Part shown: positions 29,683 through 39,232 of the stretch, one piece after another | How the letters are laid out: each line of letters starts with the position of its first letter | How positions within the stretch are numbered: position 1 is the first letter of the stretch | From: Collinsella sp. | GTDB taxonomy: Bacteria; Actinomycetota; Coriobacteriia; Coriobacteriales; Coriobacteriaceae | DNA length: 64,000 nt | Assembly (NCBI GenBank): GCA_019424945.1 | Contig: JAHYYN010000100.1 | Span: 8,910 to 72,909, forward strand | Direction of reading: 5' to 3' | Program-made: the position numbers and the translations under genes | The notes under the pieces: generated by a model | Database searches by the model: none | What the model was told of the DNA's origin: nothing | Seen by the model: only the letters and a program-made list of their open reading frames with translations

Positions 29683-32109
29683 TTACGCGTGCCAGATCTC
29701 GTCGCGGTACTCGCGAATGGTGCGGTCGCTCGAGAACCAGCCGGAGGAGGCGGTGTTGAGCAAGGCCTTGCGGTTCCAGGTCTCCTGGTCGCCGTAGCTG
29801 TTCGTGAGCGCCTCCCATGCATCCACATAGCTGCGGAAGTCGGCCATGACCAGGTCGGGGTCGTTGTTGTTCATGAGCTCGTTGTAGATGCTCTCGAAGT
29901 TGCCCGAAAGGCCGGCAAACGTGTTGTCCTTGAGCTCGTCCATCACGCGGCCCAGACGCTCGCGGTCGCCGTTGAGCGTATCCCAAGCAAAGTAGCTGTT
30001 GGATGCCCAGAGCTGCTCGACCTCGGGGGCGGTCAGGCCAAAGATGGCCTCGTTCTCGCGACCGGCCAGGTCGGCGATCTCGATGTTGGCGCCGTCGAGG
30101 GTGCCCAGCGTAATGGCGCCGTTCATCATGAGCTTCATGTTGGACGTGCCCGAGGCCTCCTTGCCGGCCGTGGAGATCTGCTCCGAGATCTCGGCGGCGG
30201 GGTAGATGAGCTGGGCGTTGCTCACACGGAAGTTGGGGATAAAGCAGACCTTCATAACCTCGTTCACGCGGGCGTCGTTGTTGATGACCTCGGCGACGGA
30301 GTTAATGAGGCGGATGGTCTCCTTGGCGAAGGTGTAGCTCGAGGCGGCCTTGCCACTAAAGATGAAGGTCGTCGGCGTCACGTGGAAGTTGGGATCGGCG
30401 ATGCGACGGTTGTAGATGTCCATCACCTTCATGATGTTCATGAGCTGGCGCTTGTAGGCGTGGAAGCGCTTAACCTGAACATCGAAGACGGTGTTGGGGT
30501 CGATGACCAGACCGGTCTCGGCCTTAACGTAGGCGGCCAGACGCTCCTTGTTGGCGCGCTTAGAGGCACCCACGGCCTTCAAGAACTCGGTGTCGTCCTT
30601 AAACTCCTTGAGTTTCTCCAGCTCAAAGGCGTCCTTAAGCCAGCCATCGCCAATGGCCTCGGTCACGAGCTTGGCGTAGGTGGGGTTGGCCTCGGCAAAG
30701 AAGCGACGGTGCGAGATGCCGTTGGTCTTGTTGTTGAACTTCTCGGGCGTCAGGGCATAGAAGTCCTTGAGCACGATGTTCTTGATGATGTCGGAGTGGA
30801 TCTTGGCCACGCCGTTGACGCTATGGCTGCAGATCACAGACAGGTTGGCCATGCGAATCTCGCCGTCCCACAGAATGGCGGTCTGGCGTAGACGCTCCTG
30901 CCAGCCCTCCTGCGTGGTGTCGAACGACTCGTGCCAACGGCGGCTGATCTCGTCGATGATCTGGTACACGCGGGGGAGGAGCTTGGAGAACGTGCCGATG
31001 GGCCACTTCTCTAGAGCCTCGGGCAGGATGGTGTGGTTGGTGTAGCTCACGACCTGCGTCACGATGTTCCAGGCGTCATCCCACTCGAGCTTCTTCTCGT
31101 CGATGAGGATACGCATGAGCTCGGGGCCGCACATGGCGGGGTGGGTATCGTTGGTGTGGATGGCCACAAACTGCGGCAGCAGCTCCCAGTTAGCGCCGTG
31201 CTCCTTCTCAAAGGTGTCGAGCAGGCTGTAGATGCCGGCCGAGACAAACAGGTACTCCTGCTTCAGGCGTAGCAGACGGCCGTGCTCGCCGGCGTCATTG
31301 GGGTAGAGGATGGCGCTGATGGCCTCGGCCTCGGCGCGCTCGGCGTCTGCCAGGGCATAGTCGCCGCGGTTGAAGGCCTCCAGATCAAAGTGCTCCTCGA
31401 CTGGCTCAGCGGCCCAGACGCGCAGCTTGTTGACGGTCTCGCCGGCATAGCCCACAACGGGGATGTCGTAGGGGACAGCCAGGATGTCCTGTGTGTCCAC
31501 CGTGCGGTAGAACGTGCGGCCGTTCTCCTCAAAGCCCTCAACATGGCCACCGAACTTGATGGTCACGGCCTTATCCTGACGACGGACCTCCCAGGGATAG
31601 CCGTGGGTGAGCCACTCGTCGGTGGCCTCGACCTGGCTGCCGTTGACGATCTCCTGCTTAAACAGACCGTAACGGTAGCGCATGCCGTTGCCGTAGCCGG
31701 CGATGCCCTCGGCTGCCATGGAATCCAGGAAGCATGCGGCCAGGCGGCCCAAGCCACCGTTGCCCAGAGCCGGATCGGGCTCCTGGTTCTCGATGACGGA
31801 CAGATCAAAGCCCATGTCGTCGAGTGCCTCGGCGACCATGTCGCGCACGCCAAAGTTGAGCAGGTAGTTGTCGAGCAGGCGGCCGATCAAAAACTCGATC
31901 GAGAAGTAGTACACGCGCTTCTTGCCCTCGGCGGTGGCGCGGGCGTCACTCTTGGTGGCAACGGTGCGGGCCTTCTCGGCCACGAGCTTGGCCAGGGCGT
32001 TAAAGCGGTCGAGGTCGCTGGCGGCCTCGACGCTCTTGCCGCTGATGCTCATGACGGCATCGCGATAGAGCTCGGTAAACTCCTGCTTGTTGTCGAAGAT
32101 CTTATTCAT
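29683..32109 (-). CDS. glgP: Glycogen/starch phosphorylase
   Basis: LGNGGLGRLAACF, NDTHP, KRFHAYKRQ, EASGTSNMK. Confidence 0.97.
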   Translation of the reverse strand: MNKIFDNKQEFTELYRDAVMSISGKSVEAASDLDRFNALAKLVAEKARTVATKSDARATAEGKKRVYYFSIEFLIGRLLDNYLLNFGVRDMVAEALDDMGFDLSVIENQEPDPALGNGGLGRLAACFLDSMAAEGIAGYGNGMRYRYGLFKQEIVNGSQVEATDEWLTHGYPWEVRRQDKAVTIKFGGHVEGFEENGRTFYRTVDTQDILAVPYDIPVVGYAGETVNKLRVWAAEPVEEHFDLEAFNRGDYALADAERAEAEAISAILYPNDAGEHGRLLRLKQEYLFVSAGIYSLLDTFEKEHGANWELLPQFVAIHTNDTHPAMCGPELMRILIDEKKLEWDDAWNIVTQVVSYTNHTILPEALEKWPIGTFSKLLPRVYQIIDEISRRWHESFDTTQEGWQERLRQTAILWDGEIRMANLSVICSHSVNGVAKIHSDIIKNIVLKDFYALTPEKFNNKTNGISHRRFFAEANPTYAKLVTEAIGDGWLKDAFELEKLKEFKDDTEFLKAVGASKRANKERLAAYVKAETGLVIDPNTVFDVQVKRFHAYKRQLMNIMKVMDIYNRRIADPNFHVTPTTFIFSGKAASSYTFAKETIRLINSVAEVINNDARVNEVMKVCFIPNFRVSNAQLIYPAAEISEQISTAGKEASGTSNMKLMMNGAITLGTLDGANIEIADLAGRENEAIFGLTAPEVEQLWASNSYFAWDTLNGDRERLGRVMDELKDNTFAGLSGNFESIYNELMNNNDPDLVMADFRSYVDAWEALTNSYGDQETWNRKALLNTASSGWFSSDRTIREYRDEIWHA

Positions 32110-32203
32110 ACGTTCCTTTCCCCCGGGGATGTTTCTCCCGGAACGGTTATGACATGTATCCTACGCCCTCGCGGGGCGGGTAATTACAGCTGTAACGGTT
32201 TTG

Positions 32204-34480
32204 TTACGCATCCTTGGCAGACGGCTTAGCAGAAGCAGACTTGGCCTTGGTAGCGGCCTTTTTGGCAGCCGGTTTCTTGGCTGCGGCCTTAGCAGCGGGC
32301 TTTGCGGTAGCCTTGGCCTTGGCCTTGGTCGTCGTGGCCTTCGCCTTAGCCGGAGCCTTCTTGGCAGCCGCAGGCTTAGGCTTCACCGAGGACGTGCGCT
32401 TTTTGGGCGCAGCCTTGGGCTCCTCGACCACCGGCGGCTTGTAGCTGCTGGGACCGCGGCGCTTGAGCACCACGCCTGCCAGGCCGGGCACCTTAATCAC
32501 GATGGAGTCCATCTGCCCGTTCCAGGGATAGGGCTCGCTCGAGCAAGTGTAGGGTTCCTCGCCGGCATAGCCGCTGCCACCGAACTCTGGACGGTCGGAA
32601 TCGAAGATGACCTCCCAGTCACCCTCGCGCGGCACGCCCACGCGGAAGCTCTCGTAGCTCGCCGGGTCAAAGTTAATCAGGATCACCAGGTCGTCGTCGA
32701 CGTCCTCGCCCTGGCGCACAAAGCTCACGATGGATTGCTTGGAGTTGTCCGCATCGATCCAGGTAAAGCCGTCGTCGGTGTAGCCGCGCTCGTACAGGGC
32801 CGGCTCGGCAGTATACAGGTGGTTAAGCGCCTTGATAAACGCCTGATGATGACGGTGGGTCTCGTACTCCTCGGTCAGGAACCACTGGATGGACTCGTAG
32901 TAGCGCCACTCAATAAACTGGCCGATCTCGTTGCCCATAAAGTTGAGCTTGGCACCGGGGTGCGTCATCTGGTAGAAAGCCAGCGTTCGCAGGCCGGCAA
33001 ACTGGCGCCACCAGTCGCCCGGCATGCGGCCAATGAGCGAGCACTTACCGTGGACGACCTCGTCGTGGCTCAGCGGGCAAATAAAGTTCTCGGTAAAGGC
33101 GTACATGATGGAGAACGTGAGCAGCCCGTGGTTGCCGGGGCGCCACGGAAAATCGGTCTGCATGTAGTGCAGGGTGTCGTTCATCCAGCCCATGTCCCAT
33201 TTGTAGTGGAAGCCCAGGCCGCCGTCCTGCGGCGGGTAGGTCACGAGCGGCCACGCGGTGGACTCCTCGGCCATCATCATCACGTCGGGGTAGTGGGCCT
33301 CCACGGCGCAGTTGACCTGGCGGATAAACGCGCTGGCGTCCAGGTCCTCCTCGGTACCGTACTTGTTGAACTTCTTTTGGCCCGGATCGTCGATGCCAAA
33401 ATTGAGGTACAGCATGCTGGACACGCCATCCATGCGGATGCCGTCAACGTGGAAGTTCTCGAGCCAGTACAGCACGTTGGAGACCAGGAAGGAGCGGACC
33501 TCGCCACGGGCGAAGTCGAACTTGTGCGTGCCCCAGTTGGGGTGAATCTCGTGCTCAAACAGCATATGGCCGTTAAAGGTAGCAAGGCCGTGGGAGTCGG
33601 CGCAAAAACCGCCGGGCACCCAGTCCATGATCACGCCGATGCCTGCCTCGTGGCATGCATCGATAAAGTGCATGAGTTGCTGCGGGTCGCCATAGCGCGA
33701 CGTGGCGGCATAGTAGCCGGTCGTCTGGTAGCCCCAGGAGCCATCGAAGGGATGCTCCATGAGCGGCATGACCTCGATATGCGTGTAGCCCATGTCGCGC
33801 ACGTAGTCCACGAGCTCCACCGACAGGTCGTCGTAGGTGTAAAACTCACCGCGCTGCGCGGGGAAGGGATCCATGGGGCCGGGGTAGTTGCCGTACTCGT
33901 CCGGCTCGCCCTGCGGCGCGTCGCCGTGGCGCTTCCACGAGCCAATATGCACCTCGTAGATGTTGAGCGGCTGCGACATGTGGTTGTGGCCGGCGCGGCG
34001 CTTGAGCCAAGCGGCGTCGTTCCACTTATAGCCGTCGAGGGTCCACAGCACGCTGGCGGTACCCGGAGGGCACTCGGCCTTAAAGGCATACGGATCGGCC
34101 TTATAGAGCTTTTCGCCCTCGTTGGTCTCGATGAGATATTTATAGAGCTGGCCCTGCTCGGCACCAGGAATAAAGCCTTCCCAAATAGCGCTCGTATGCA
34201 CGGGCACCAGAGGGTTGGCTTCCTCATCCCAGTCGTTAAATTCGCCAATGACATGCACGCTCTTTACATCGGGCGCCCAAACGCAAAAGCGCCAGCCGCG
34301 CGTACGGTTCTGCGTGTCGGGGTGCGCGCCCATCTTTTCCCAGCTGCGCTCCCACGTGCCGATGCCAAATAGATAGACATCGTCCTTGGTGAGCTCCGGT
34401 GCGTGCGGGGCGGCTTTACGGGTTGCGGGCTTTTTAGCCGTTGGCTTTAGCTTTGTATCGCTCACGTTTGATCCCATCAT
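32204..34480 (-). CDS. glgB: 1,4-alpha-glucan branching enzyme with Lys/Ala/Pro-rich tail (start uncertain)
   Basis: VWAP, YEVHIGSW, SWGYQ, DWVP, DGIRMDGV, AEES, LSHDEVVHGK. Confidence 0.96.
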   Translation of the reverse strand: MMGSNVSDTKLKPTAKKPATRKAAPHAPELTKDDVYLFGIGTWERSWEKMGAHPDTQNRTRGWRFCVWAPDVKSVHVIGEFNDWDEEANPLVPVHTSAIWEGFIPGAEQGQLYKYLIETNEGEKLYKADPYAFKAECPPGTASVLWTLDGYKWNDAAWLKRRAGHNHMSQPLNIYEVHIGSWKRHGDAPQGEPDEYGNYPGPMDPFPAQRGEFYTYDDLSVELVDYVRDMGYTHIEVMPLMEHPFDGSWGYQTTGYYAATSRYGDPQQLMHFIDACHEAGIGVIMDWVPGGFCADSHGLATFNGHMLFEHEIHPNWGTHKFDFARGEVRSFLVSNVLYWLENFHVDGIRMDGVSSMLYLNFGIDDPGQKKFNKYGTEEDLDASAFIRQVNCAVEAHYPDVMMMAEESTAWPLVTYPPQDGGLGFHYKWDMGWMNDTLHYMQTDFPWRPGNHGLLTFSIMYAFTENFICPLSHDEVVHGKCSLIGRMPGDWWRQFAGLRTLAFYQMTHPGAKLNFMGNEIGQFIEWRYYESIQWFLTEEYETHRHHQAFIKALNHLYTAEPALYERGYTDDGFTWIDADNSKQSIVSFVRQGEDVDDDLVILINFDPASYESFRVGVPREGDWEVIFDSDRPEFGGSGYAGEEPYTCSSEPYPWNGQMDSIVIKVPGLAGVVLKRRGPSSYKPPVVEEPKAAPKKRTSSVKPKPAAAKKAPAKAKATTTKAKAKATAKPAAKAAAKKPAAKKAATKAKSASAKPSAKDA

Positions 34481-34701
34481 GACGCGGCAGCGTGTTGCCT
34501 TGGTGACTAGATGCGAAAGGTCCAAGGCTGCACGAATCGAAGGGACGGCGATAGTTCTATGATTCGTTCCACCTCGCGTGCTCGGTGGAACTTTCGGCAG
34601 AAACTACGATAACACCTGTACGTTACTTTTATGAAGGAAAGTGGTTTTTGGGCGGCGTTTAATCGGTGAGCGCCATGTTTAGACCACTGGCAGAATTGCG
34701 A

Positions 34702-34789
34702 TGGTAAAACTCTTGACAGTTTTACCAATAAGGGTTTTTTGATTGTTGGTTTGACGTTTGGTAAAACGTTTTTAGCAGGATGTTTACCA
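34702..34789. promoter_or_regulatory. Candidate operator palindromes TGGTAAAAC...GTTT(T)ACCA around a TTGACA hexamer
   Basis: TGGTAAAACT-CTTGAC-AGTTTTACCA (34702-34727) and a second pair 34759-34789 in the divergent glgB/HAD spacer. Confidence 0.5.
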
Positions 34790-34811
34790 TTTTACATCGA
34801 AAGGTACATTT

Positions 34812-35501
34812 ATGTCCCAGACCGCCGCTCCCAATGTTGCTTTTATTTTCGATTGCGACGGCACACTGGTTAATAGCACCCCCGTTTGGGCCTATGCCCA
34901 GCCCGAGTTATTGCACCGCCACGGAGTTGACGTGACGGTCGACGATTTTGCCCAGTTTGAGCATTTGTCGCTCGAGGACGAGTGCCAGGCCTACCACGAC
35001 ACCTGGGACATTGACGCGAATGGCGAAGAGTTGTATCGCGAGCTGAGCGACATCCTGATCGATGGTTACTCCAAGGTGCCGCCGCGCGAGGGGCTCCTGG
35101 CATTTTTGGAGCAGGCGAAGGCGGCGGGCATTGCCATGTGCGTTGCCACGTCCACGCCGGCCGAACTGGTTAAGTCTGCGCTCTCTGGTGCCGGCCTCGA
35201 TGCCTACATGGAGCTTATTACCACGACGGGCGAGACGGGACGTTCCAAGCAGTTCCCCGATGTGTACGAGTTGGCGCTGCGTCGCCTTGAGGAGCGCCAT
35301 GGGCATAAGTTTGACCGCGCATGGGTGTTTGAGGACGCCGTCTTTGGCCTTAAGAGCTCTGGCACCGCCGGCTTTAAGCGCGTGGGCATCTATGACCCGC
35401 ACGGCCGTATGGAGCGCGACGAGGTGCGTGCCAACTGCGACATCTTTATCGACAGCTATGAAGAGCTGGATCTTGACCGTGTGCTTTCGTTTGAGGGCTA
35501 G
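34812..35501 (+). CDS. HAD family hydrolase/phosphatase
   Basis: FDCDGTL, VATS, K.FPDVY, VFEDA. Confidence 0.9.
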   Translation: MSQTAAPNVAFIFDCDGTLVNSTPVWAYAQPELLHRHGVDVTVDDFAQFEHLSLEDECQAYHDTWDIDANGEELYRELSDILIDGYSKVPPREGLLAFLEQAKAAGIAMCVATSTPAELVKSALSGAGLDAYMELITTTGETGRSKQFPDVYELALRRLEERHGHKFDRAWVFEDAVFGLKSSGTAGFKRVGIYDPHGRMERDEVRANCDIFIDSYEELDLDRVLSFEG

Positions 35502-36152
35502 GTGAGGCCCGTGGCTTTCAAGGTATTAGTGGTCTGCGGCTCGCCCGTGGTGGCGAGCGCGGATCTGTTGCGTAGGCTAGCAGGGGAGTGCGACCACATT
35601 GTCGCCGTGGACCGCGGACTCGACGCGCTGCTGGGCGCTCGCCTGAGCTGCGACGTGTATGTAGGGGACGCCGATACGGTAAGCGAAGCCGGTCGCGCTC
35701 TTGTTGATGCCGCTGAGGACTTTGAAGTTGAGCGCCACGACCCGTACAAGGACTATACCGATCTGGCGCTGGCGCTCGATTCCGTCCGCCGTCGCTGGCC
35801 GGGCGCCGAAGTGGTTGCGACCTGCGCCACGGGCGGCCGCCCGGATATGGCCCTATCCGTGCTGGGCTTGCTTGCAGGCTATGATCACGCCCCAGTCTGG
35901 ATTGCCGAGGACAAGGTGGTTTCCCGCATCCTTCGCGCAGGCGAGTCGTGGACCATCGAAGGCGCCGAGGGCAAGACGTTCTCCATCATCGCTATTGCCC
36001 CCAACACCGAGGTAAGTGAACACGGCCTAGAATGGGAACTAGATCGCGCTCCGCTAGGCTTGTTAGCCGACACGGGCATCAGCAACGTCGTCAGGTCAAC
36101 AGCCAAAATCCAAGTCCACACTGGCACCGCCATCGCTTACCTATATCAATAG
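35502..36152 (+). CDS. thiN: Thiamine diphosphokinase
   Basis: AVDRG, VGDADT, KDYTDL, ATGGRPD, GISN. Confidence 0.88.
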   Translation: MRPVAFKVLVVCGSPVVASADLLRRLAGECDHIVAVDRGLDALLGARLSCDVYVGDADTVSEAGRALVDAAEDFEVERHDPYKDYTDLALALDSVRRRWPGAEVVATCATGGRPDMALSVLGLLAGYDHAPVWIAEDKVVSRILRAGESWTIEGAEGKTFSIIAIAPNTEVSEHGLEWELDRAPLGLLADTGISNVVRSTAKIQVHTGTAIAYLYQ

Positions 36153-36189
36153 GCTTAATCGGCATTTAAAGTCTCACTCAAAAAAGTCC

Positions 36190-36218
36190 TTGCACGTCGA
36201 GTCAACTTCCCCTATAGT
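36190..36218 (+). promoter_or_regulatory. Sigma70-type promoter of tRNA-Ala
   Basis: TTGCAC-17 bp-TATAGT. Confidence 0.75.
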
Positions 36219-36231
36219 ATCTCCTCGTCAC

Positions 36232-36307
36232 GGGGGCGTAGCTCAGCTGGGAGAGCGCTTGACTGGCAGTCAAGAGGTCAGGGGTTCGATCCCCCTCGTC
36301 TCCACCA
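36232..36307 (+). tRNA. tRNA-Ala(GGC)
   Basis: 76-nt cloverleaf, anticodon GGC, G3:U70 pair, TTCGA T-loop, encoded CCA. Confidence 0.98.
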
Positions 36308-36317
36308 TCGTGAATGC

Positions 36318-36348
36318 AAAGGCCTTCGGAATTCCGAAGGCCTTTTTT
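36318..36348 (+). terminator. tRNA terminator
   Basis: AAAGGCCTTCGGAATTCCGAAGGCCTTTTTT. Confidence 0.9.
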
Positions 36349-37077
36349 AATGCCAAAACACCTCGCACCATAAACCCCCGCACACTCCAACAAAAAGTTG
36401 CACAATTTATTTCCCATGTCTGTACATAGTTTGTTAGACAAACGTGATTATCAGTGCAGCTCGCCGTTCCATTTGGGCTTCAGGAACGCCCCTAATCACC
36501 GTTAGCATCCCAATAACCTGCATCAACGTGAACAACATCCCAAAACAACCCCCTTAAGCACGCTAAATGAACGATATGTTGTCCACCACAAGCCAAATCA
36601 GTTTCGCTACTAGCTTGTGCTAGGATATCTAATGTTACATGAGTTCAACTGTGCTCACGGCTCCAGCAAGCCATAAAGCGCAGGGTCGATCGACATCCGG
36701 CCGTAACGGCGGTGTTAGAAAAACCACGAGCTCCAATAAAGATGCCATGCGACGTTATTTGCATTGAGTTAATTCTAAGATGCATTTAATAGCTTGCGTG
36801 TCAAAGAGTAGCAGTCCTACAGCTGTTTGCGTGCGGTCCAGTTTTGCACCCGCTTGACTGGGTCGCACGCAGCCAGCTGGAGTCGCGGTCATTTTGCGAT
36901 ACACGTCCGCGTCTCCAGCAACTGCGCTTTTACATACCGTTCACGGTGGGGCAGAGCCACGTGCTTGTCTAACTGGGCTCAGGGTTTGAATATGGAGCGC
37001 CTTCGCGCACAAGCGCCCTGGCGAAGCCATACCCAAACCCCGTGAGCCACACGTAAGACAGCAAGGGGGTGGTGCTC

Positions 37078-37623
37078 GTGTGGTATGTGATCCAGGTCAT
37101 TAACGGTCGCGAAGACGTAATGCGCGAGCGCATTGAGCGTATCGTGCCGGCTGGTACCATGCAGGAGCTCTTTTATCCCCAATTTCAAACCGAGATTAAA
37201 GTTCACGGCGAATGGGTCAATACGACCAAGCCACTCTTTCCCGGTTATCTTATCTGCGACACGGCAGATCCCCGTAACGTGCAACAGTATCTGCTACGCA
37301 TGGACGACTTTGCCCGGGTGCTTACCCAAGACGGTCAGTTTGTGCCGCTGGCAAAAGAAGAGGTTCAGCTTATTGGCGGATTTACGCATAGGGGAGACCG
37401 CGTAGTACCCATGAGCGAGGCCCTAAAAGACGGCGACCAGGTCGTAGTTACGGCTGGTCCGCTGCTGGGACACGAAGGCCTTATCAAAACCATTAACAGA
37501 CGCAAGAGCACTGCTTATTTGGAGCTCAACCTGTGCGGCCGACGCGTAACTACGCGCGTTGGCCTTGCCGTGCTTTCGGCCGAGCAGCGCGTAATGCGAA
37601 ACCTTAAAAAGGCGATCGCCTAG
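37078..37623 (+). CDS. loaP: NusG-paralog antiterminator (LoaP/UpxY type)
   Basis: WYVIQV..GRE, KPLFPGY NGN domain, KOW GDQVVVTAGPL.G.EG; first gene of polysaccharide locus. Confidence 0.88.
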   Translation: MWYVIQVINGREDVMRERIERIVPAGTMQELFYPQFQTEIKVHGEWVNTTKPLFPGYLICDTADPRNVQQYLLRMDDFARVLTQDGQFVPLAKEEVQLIGGFTHRGDRVVPMSEALKDGDQVVVTAGPLLGHEGLIKTINRRKSTAYLELNLCGRRVTTRVGLAVLSAEQRVMRNLKKAIA

Positions 37624-37674
37624 CTGCAGACGGTCGCTACTCAGAACAGGAAGGATCCCCGACCCGGGGACGAA

Positions 37675-38439
37675 GTGTTGGAAGAGAACGTGTCGGATAA
37701 AACAGAATATGCAACGGATGCGCCCGCGGGAGCGGCACTGATTGCTCAGGCCATGGACCGGCGCGAGGGCGCCGACCGCTACAGGTCCATGCAAACCATT
37801 ATGGACTGGGATCGCTCGCGCTTGGCCTACCGCACCGTCAAGCGCGCCTTTGACATCGTGTTCAGCGGCTGCGTGCTGTCCGTCATCGCCGTACCCAGCC
37901 TTGTCCTCGCCGCGACCATCCGTCTGGAGAGCGAGGGCAACCCCTTCTACAGCCAGATCCGCGTGGGTCAGACCCACCGCGACGGAAGTCTGTCCACCTT
38001 CCGCATGTGGAAGTTCCGCTCCATGTACAAGGACGCCGACGAGCGCCTGGCAGATCTCAAGGAGCAGAACGAGATCGCCGGTGCCATGTTCAAGATGAAG
38101 GAGGACCCGCGCGTTACCAGGATCGGCAAGTTCATCCGCAAGCACTCCATTGACGAGTTCCCACAGTTCCTGAACGTGTTTCTGGGCCAGATGTCCGTCG
38201 TCGGCCCGCGCCCGCCACTTCCGAATGAGGTGGCCGAGTACACCGAGTACGACCTGCAGCGTCTTGCCGTGAAGCCTGGCATCACCGGCTGGTGGCAAGT
38301 CACTGAGCGTAACTCGACTGGATTCGACGGGATGGTCCGACGCGATCTTGAATATATAGCCAAACGAGGCATTTTCTTCGATTTCAAAATAATCCTACTC
38401 ACAGTGATTGAGGTTGTTAGCGGAAATGGCGCTTGCTAA
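37675..38439 (+). CDS. Priming sugar (phospho)transferase
   Basis: KRAFD, KFRSM, DPRVTRIG, SIDEFPQ, VGPRP, KPGITG. Confidence 0.93.
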   Translation: MLEENVSDKTEYATDAPAGAALIAQAMDRREGADRYRSMQTIMDWDRSRLAYRTVKRAFDIVFSGCVLSVIAVPSLVLAATIRLESEGNPFYSQIRVGQTHRDGSLSTFRMWKFRSMYKDADERLADLKEQNEIAGAMFKMKEDPRVTRIGKFIRKHSIDEFPQFLNVFLGQMSVVGPRPPLPNEVAEYTEYDLQRLAVKPGITGWWQVTERNSTGFDGMVRRDLEYIAKRGIFFDFKIILLTVIEVVSGNGAC

Positions 38440-39232
38440 AGAGACTATAGGGAATTACGAAGGCACCGGTTCAACGGTTGATCTTCCCGGACGAGTCGAA
38501 GTCCTGGGCGCCCCCGTCGATCCCTGGACGATGGAGCAGACCGTCGAGGCGACCGATGCCCTCATCAAGGAGGGGCGCTTCGCCCATCTGATCGGCGTGA
38601 ACGCCGACAAGTTGCTTCAGATGCGCGACGATCCCGAGATGGATGCGTGCGTGCGCCGCTGCGAGATCGTAAACGCCGATGGCGCGTCCATGGTCATGGC
38701 CGCCAAGAAGCTGGGCGTGGACTTGCCCGAGCGCGTGGCCGGCATCGACCTCATGTGGGAGCTGTGTGGGCTGGCCGAGCGTGAGGGGCACAGCGTCTAC
38801 CTGCTAGGCGCCAAAGCCGAAGTGGTCGCAAAGACCGCCGAGGTACTGTCCGAGAGGTATCCCAAGATGGTCCTTGCGGGTTACCGTGACGGCTACTTCG
38901 GCGAAGACGAGTTCGATGCCGTGGTCGCCGAGGTTGAGCAGGCCGAGCCCGACATCGTGTTCGTGGGCATCACCTCGCCCAAGAAGGAACGCCTGATCGA
39001 GCGTTTCCGCGAGCTGGGCGCCAAGGGCGCTTTCGTGGGCGTGGGGGGTTCGTTCGACGTGGTCTCCGGCAACATCCCGCGCGCCCCGATGTGGATGCAG
39101 CGCGCGAACCTGGAGTGGCTCTTCCGCATGATGCAGGAGCCCAAGCGCCTGGTGAAGCGCTACGTGGTCGGCAACACCCGTTTCTACATGCTTCTCCGCA
39201 AGGAGTCAAAGAGGAGCAAGGCCAATGACTAA
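38426..39232 (+). CDS. WecB/TagA/CpsF family glycosyltransferase (ManNAc transferase-like)
   Basis: NADG, RVAGIDL, GYF, PKKE, VGGSFD, RAP...LEW..R. Confidence 0.92.
   Translation: MALAKETIGNYEGTGSTVDLPGRVEVLGAPVDPWTMEQTVEATDALIKEGRFAHLIGVNADKLLQMRDDPEMDACVRRCEIVNADGASMVMAAKKLGVDLPERVAGIDLMWELCGLAEREGHSVYLLGAKAEVVAKTAEVLSERYPKMVLAGYRDGYFGEDEFDAVVAEVEQAEPDIVFVGITSPKKERLIERFRELGAKGAFVGVGGSFDVVSGNIPRAPMWMQRANLEWLFRMMQEPKRLVKRYVVGNTRFYMLLRKESKRSKAND

Noticed and set aside
36232..36307. tRNA-Ala as integration site for the polysaccharide/defence region
   Set aside because: No integrase and no duplicated tRNA 3' end found in the window (only an 8-bp CGTCTCCA match near 36910)
36350..37070. Invertible (phase-variable) promoter for the polysaccharide locus
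   Set aside because: No long flanking inverted repeats around a promoter and no invertase seen
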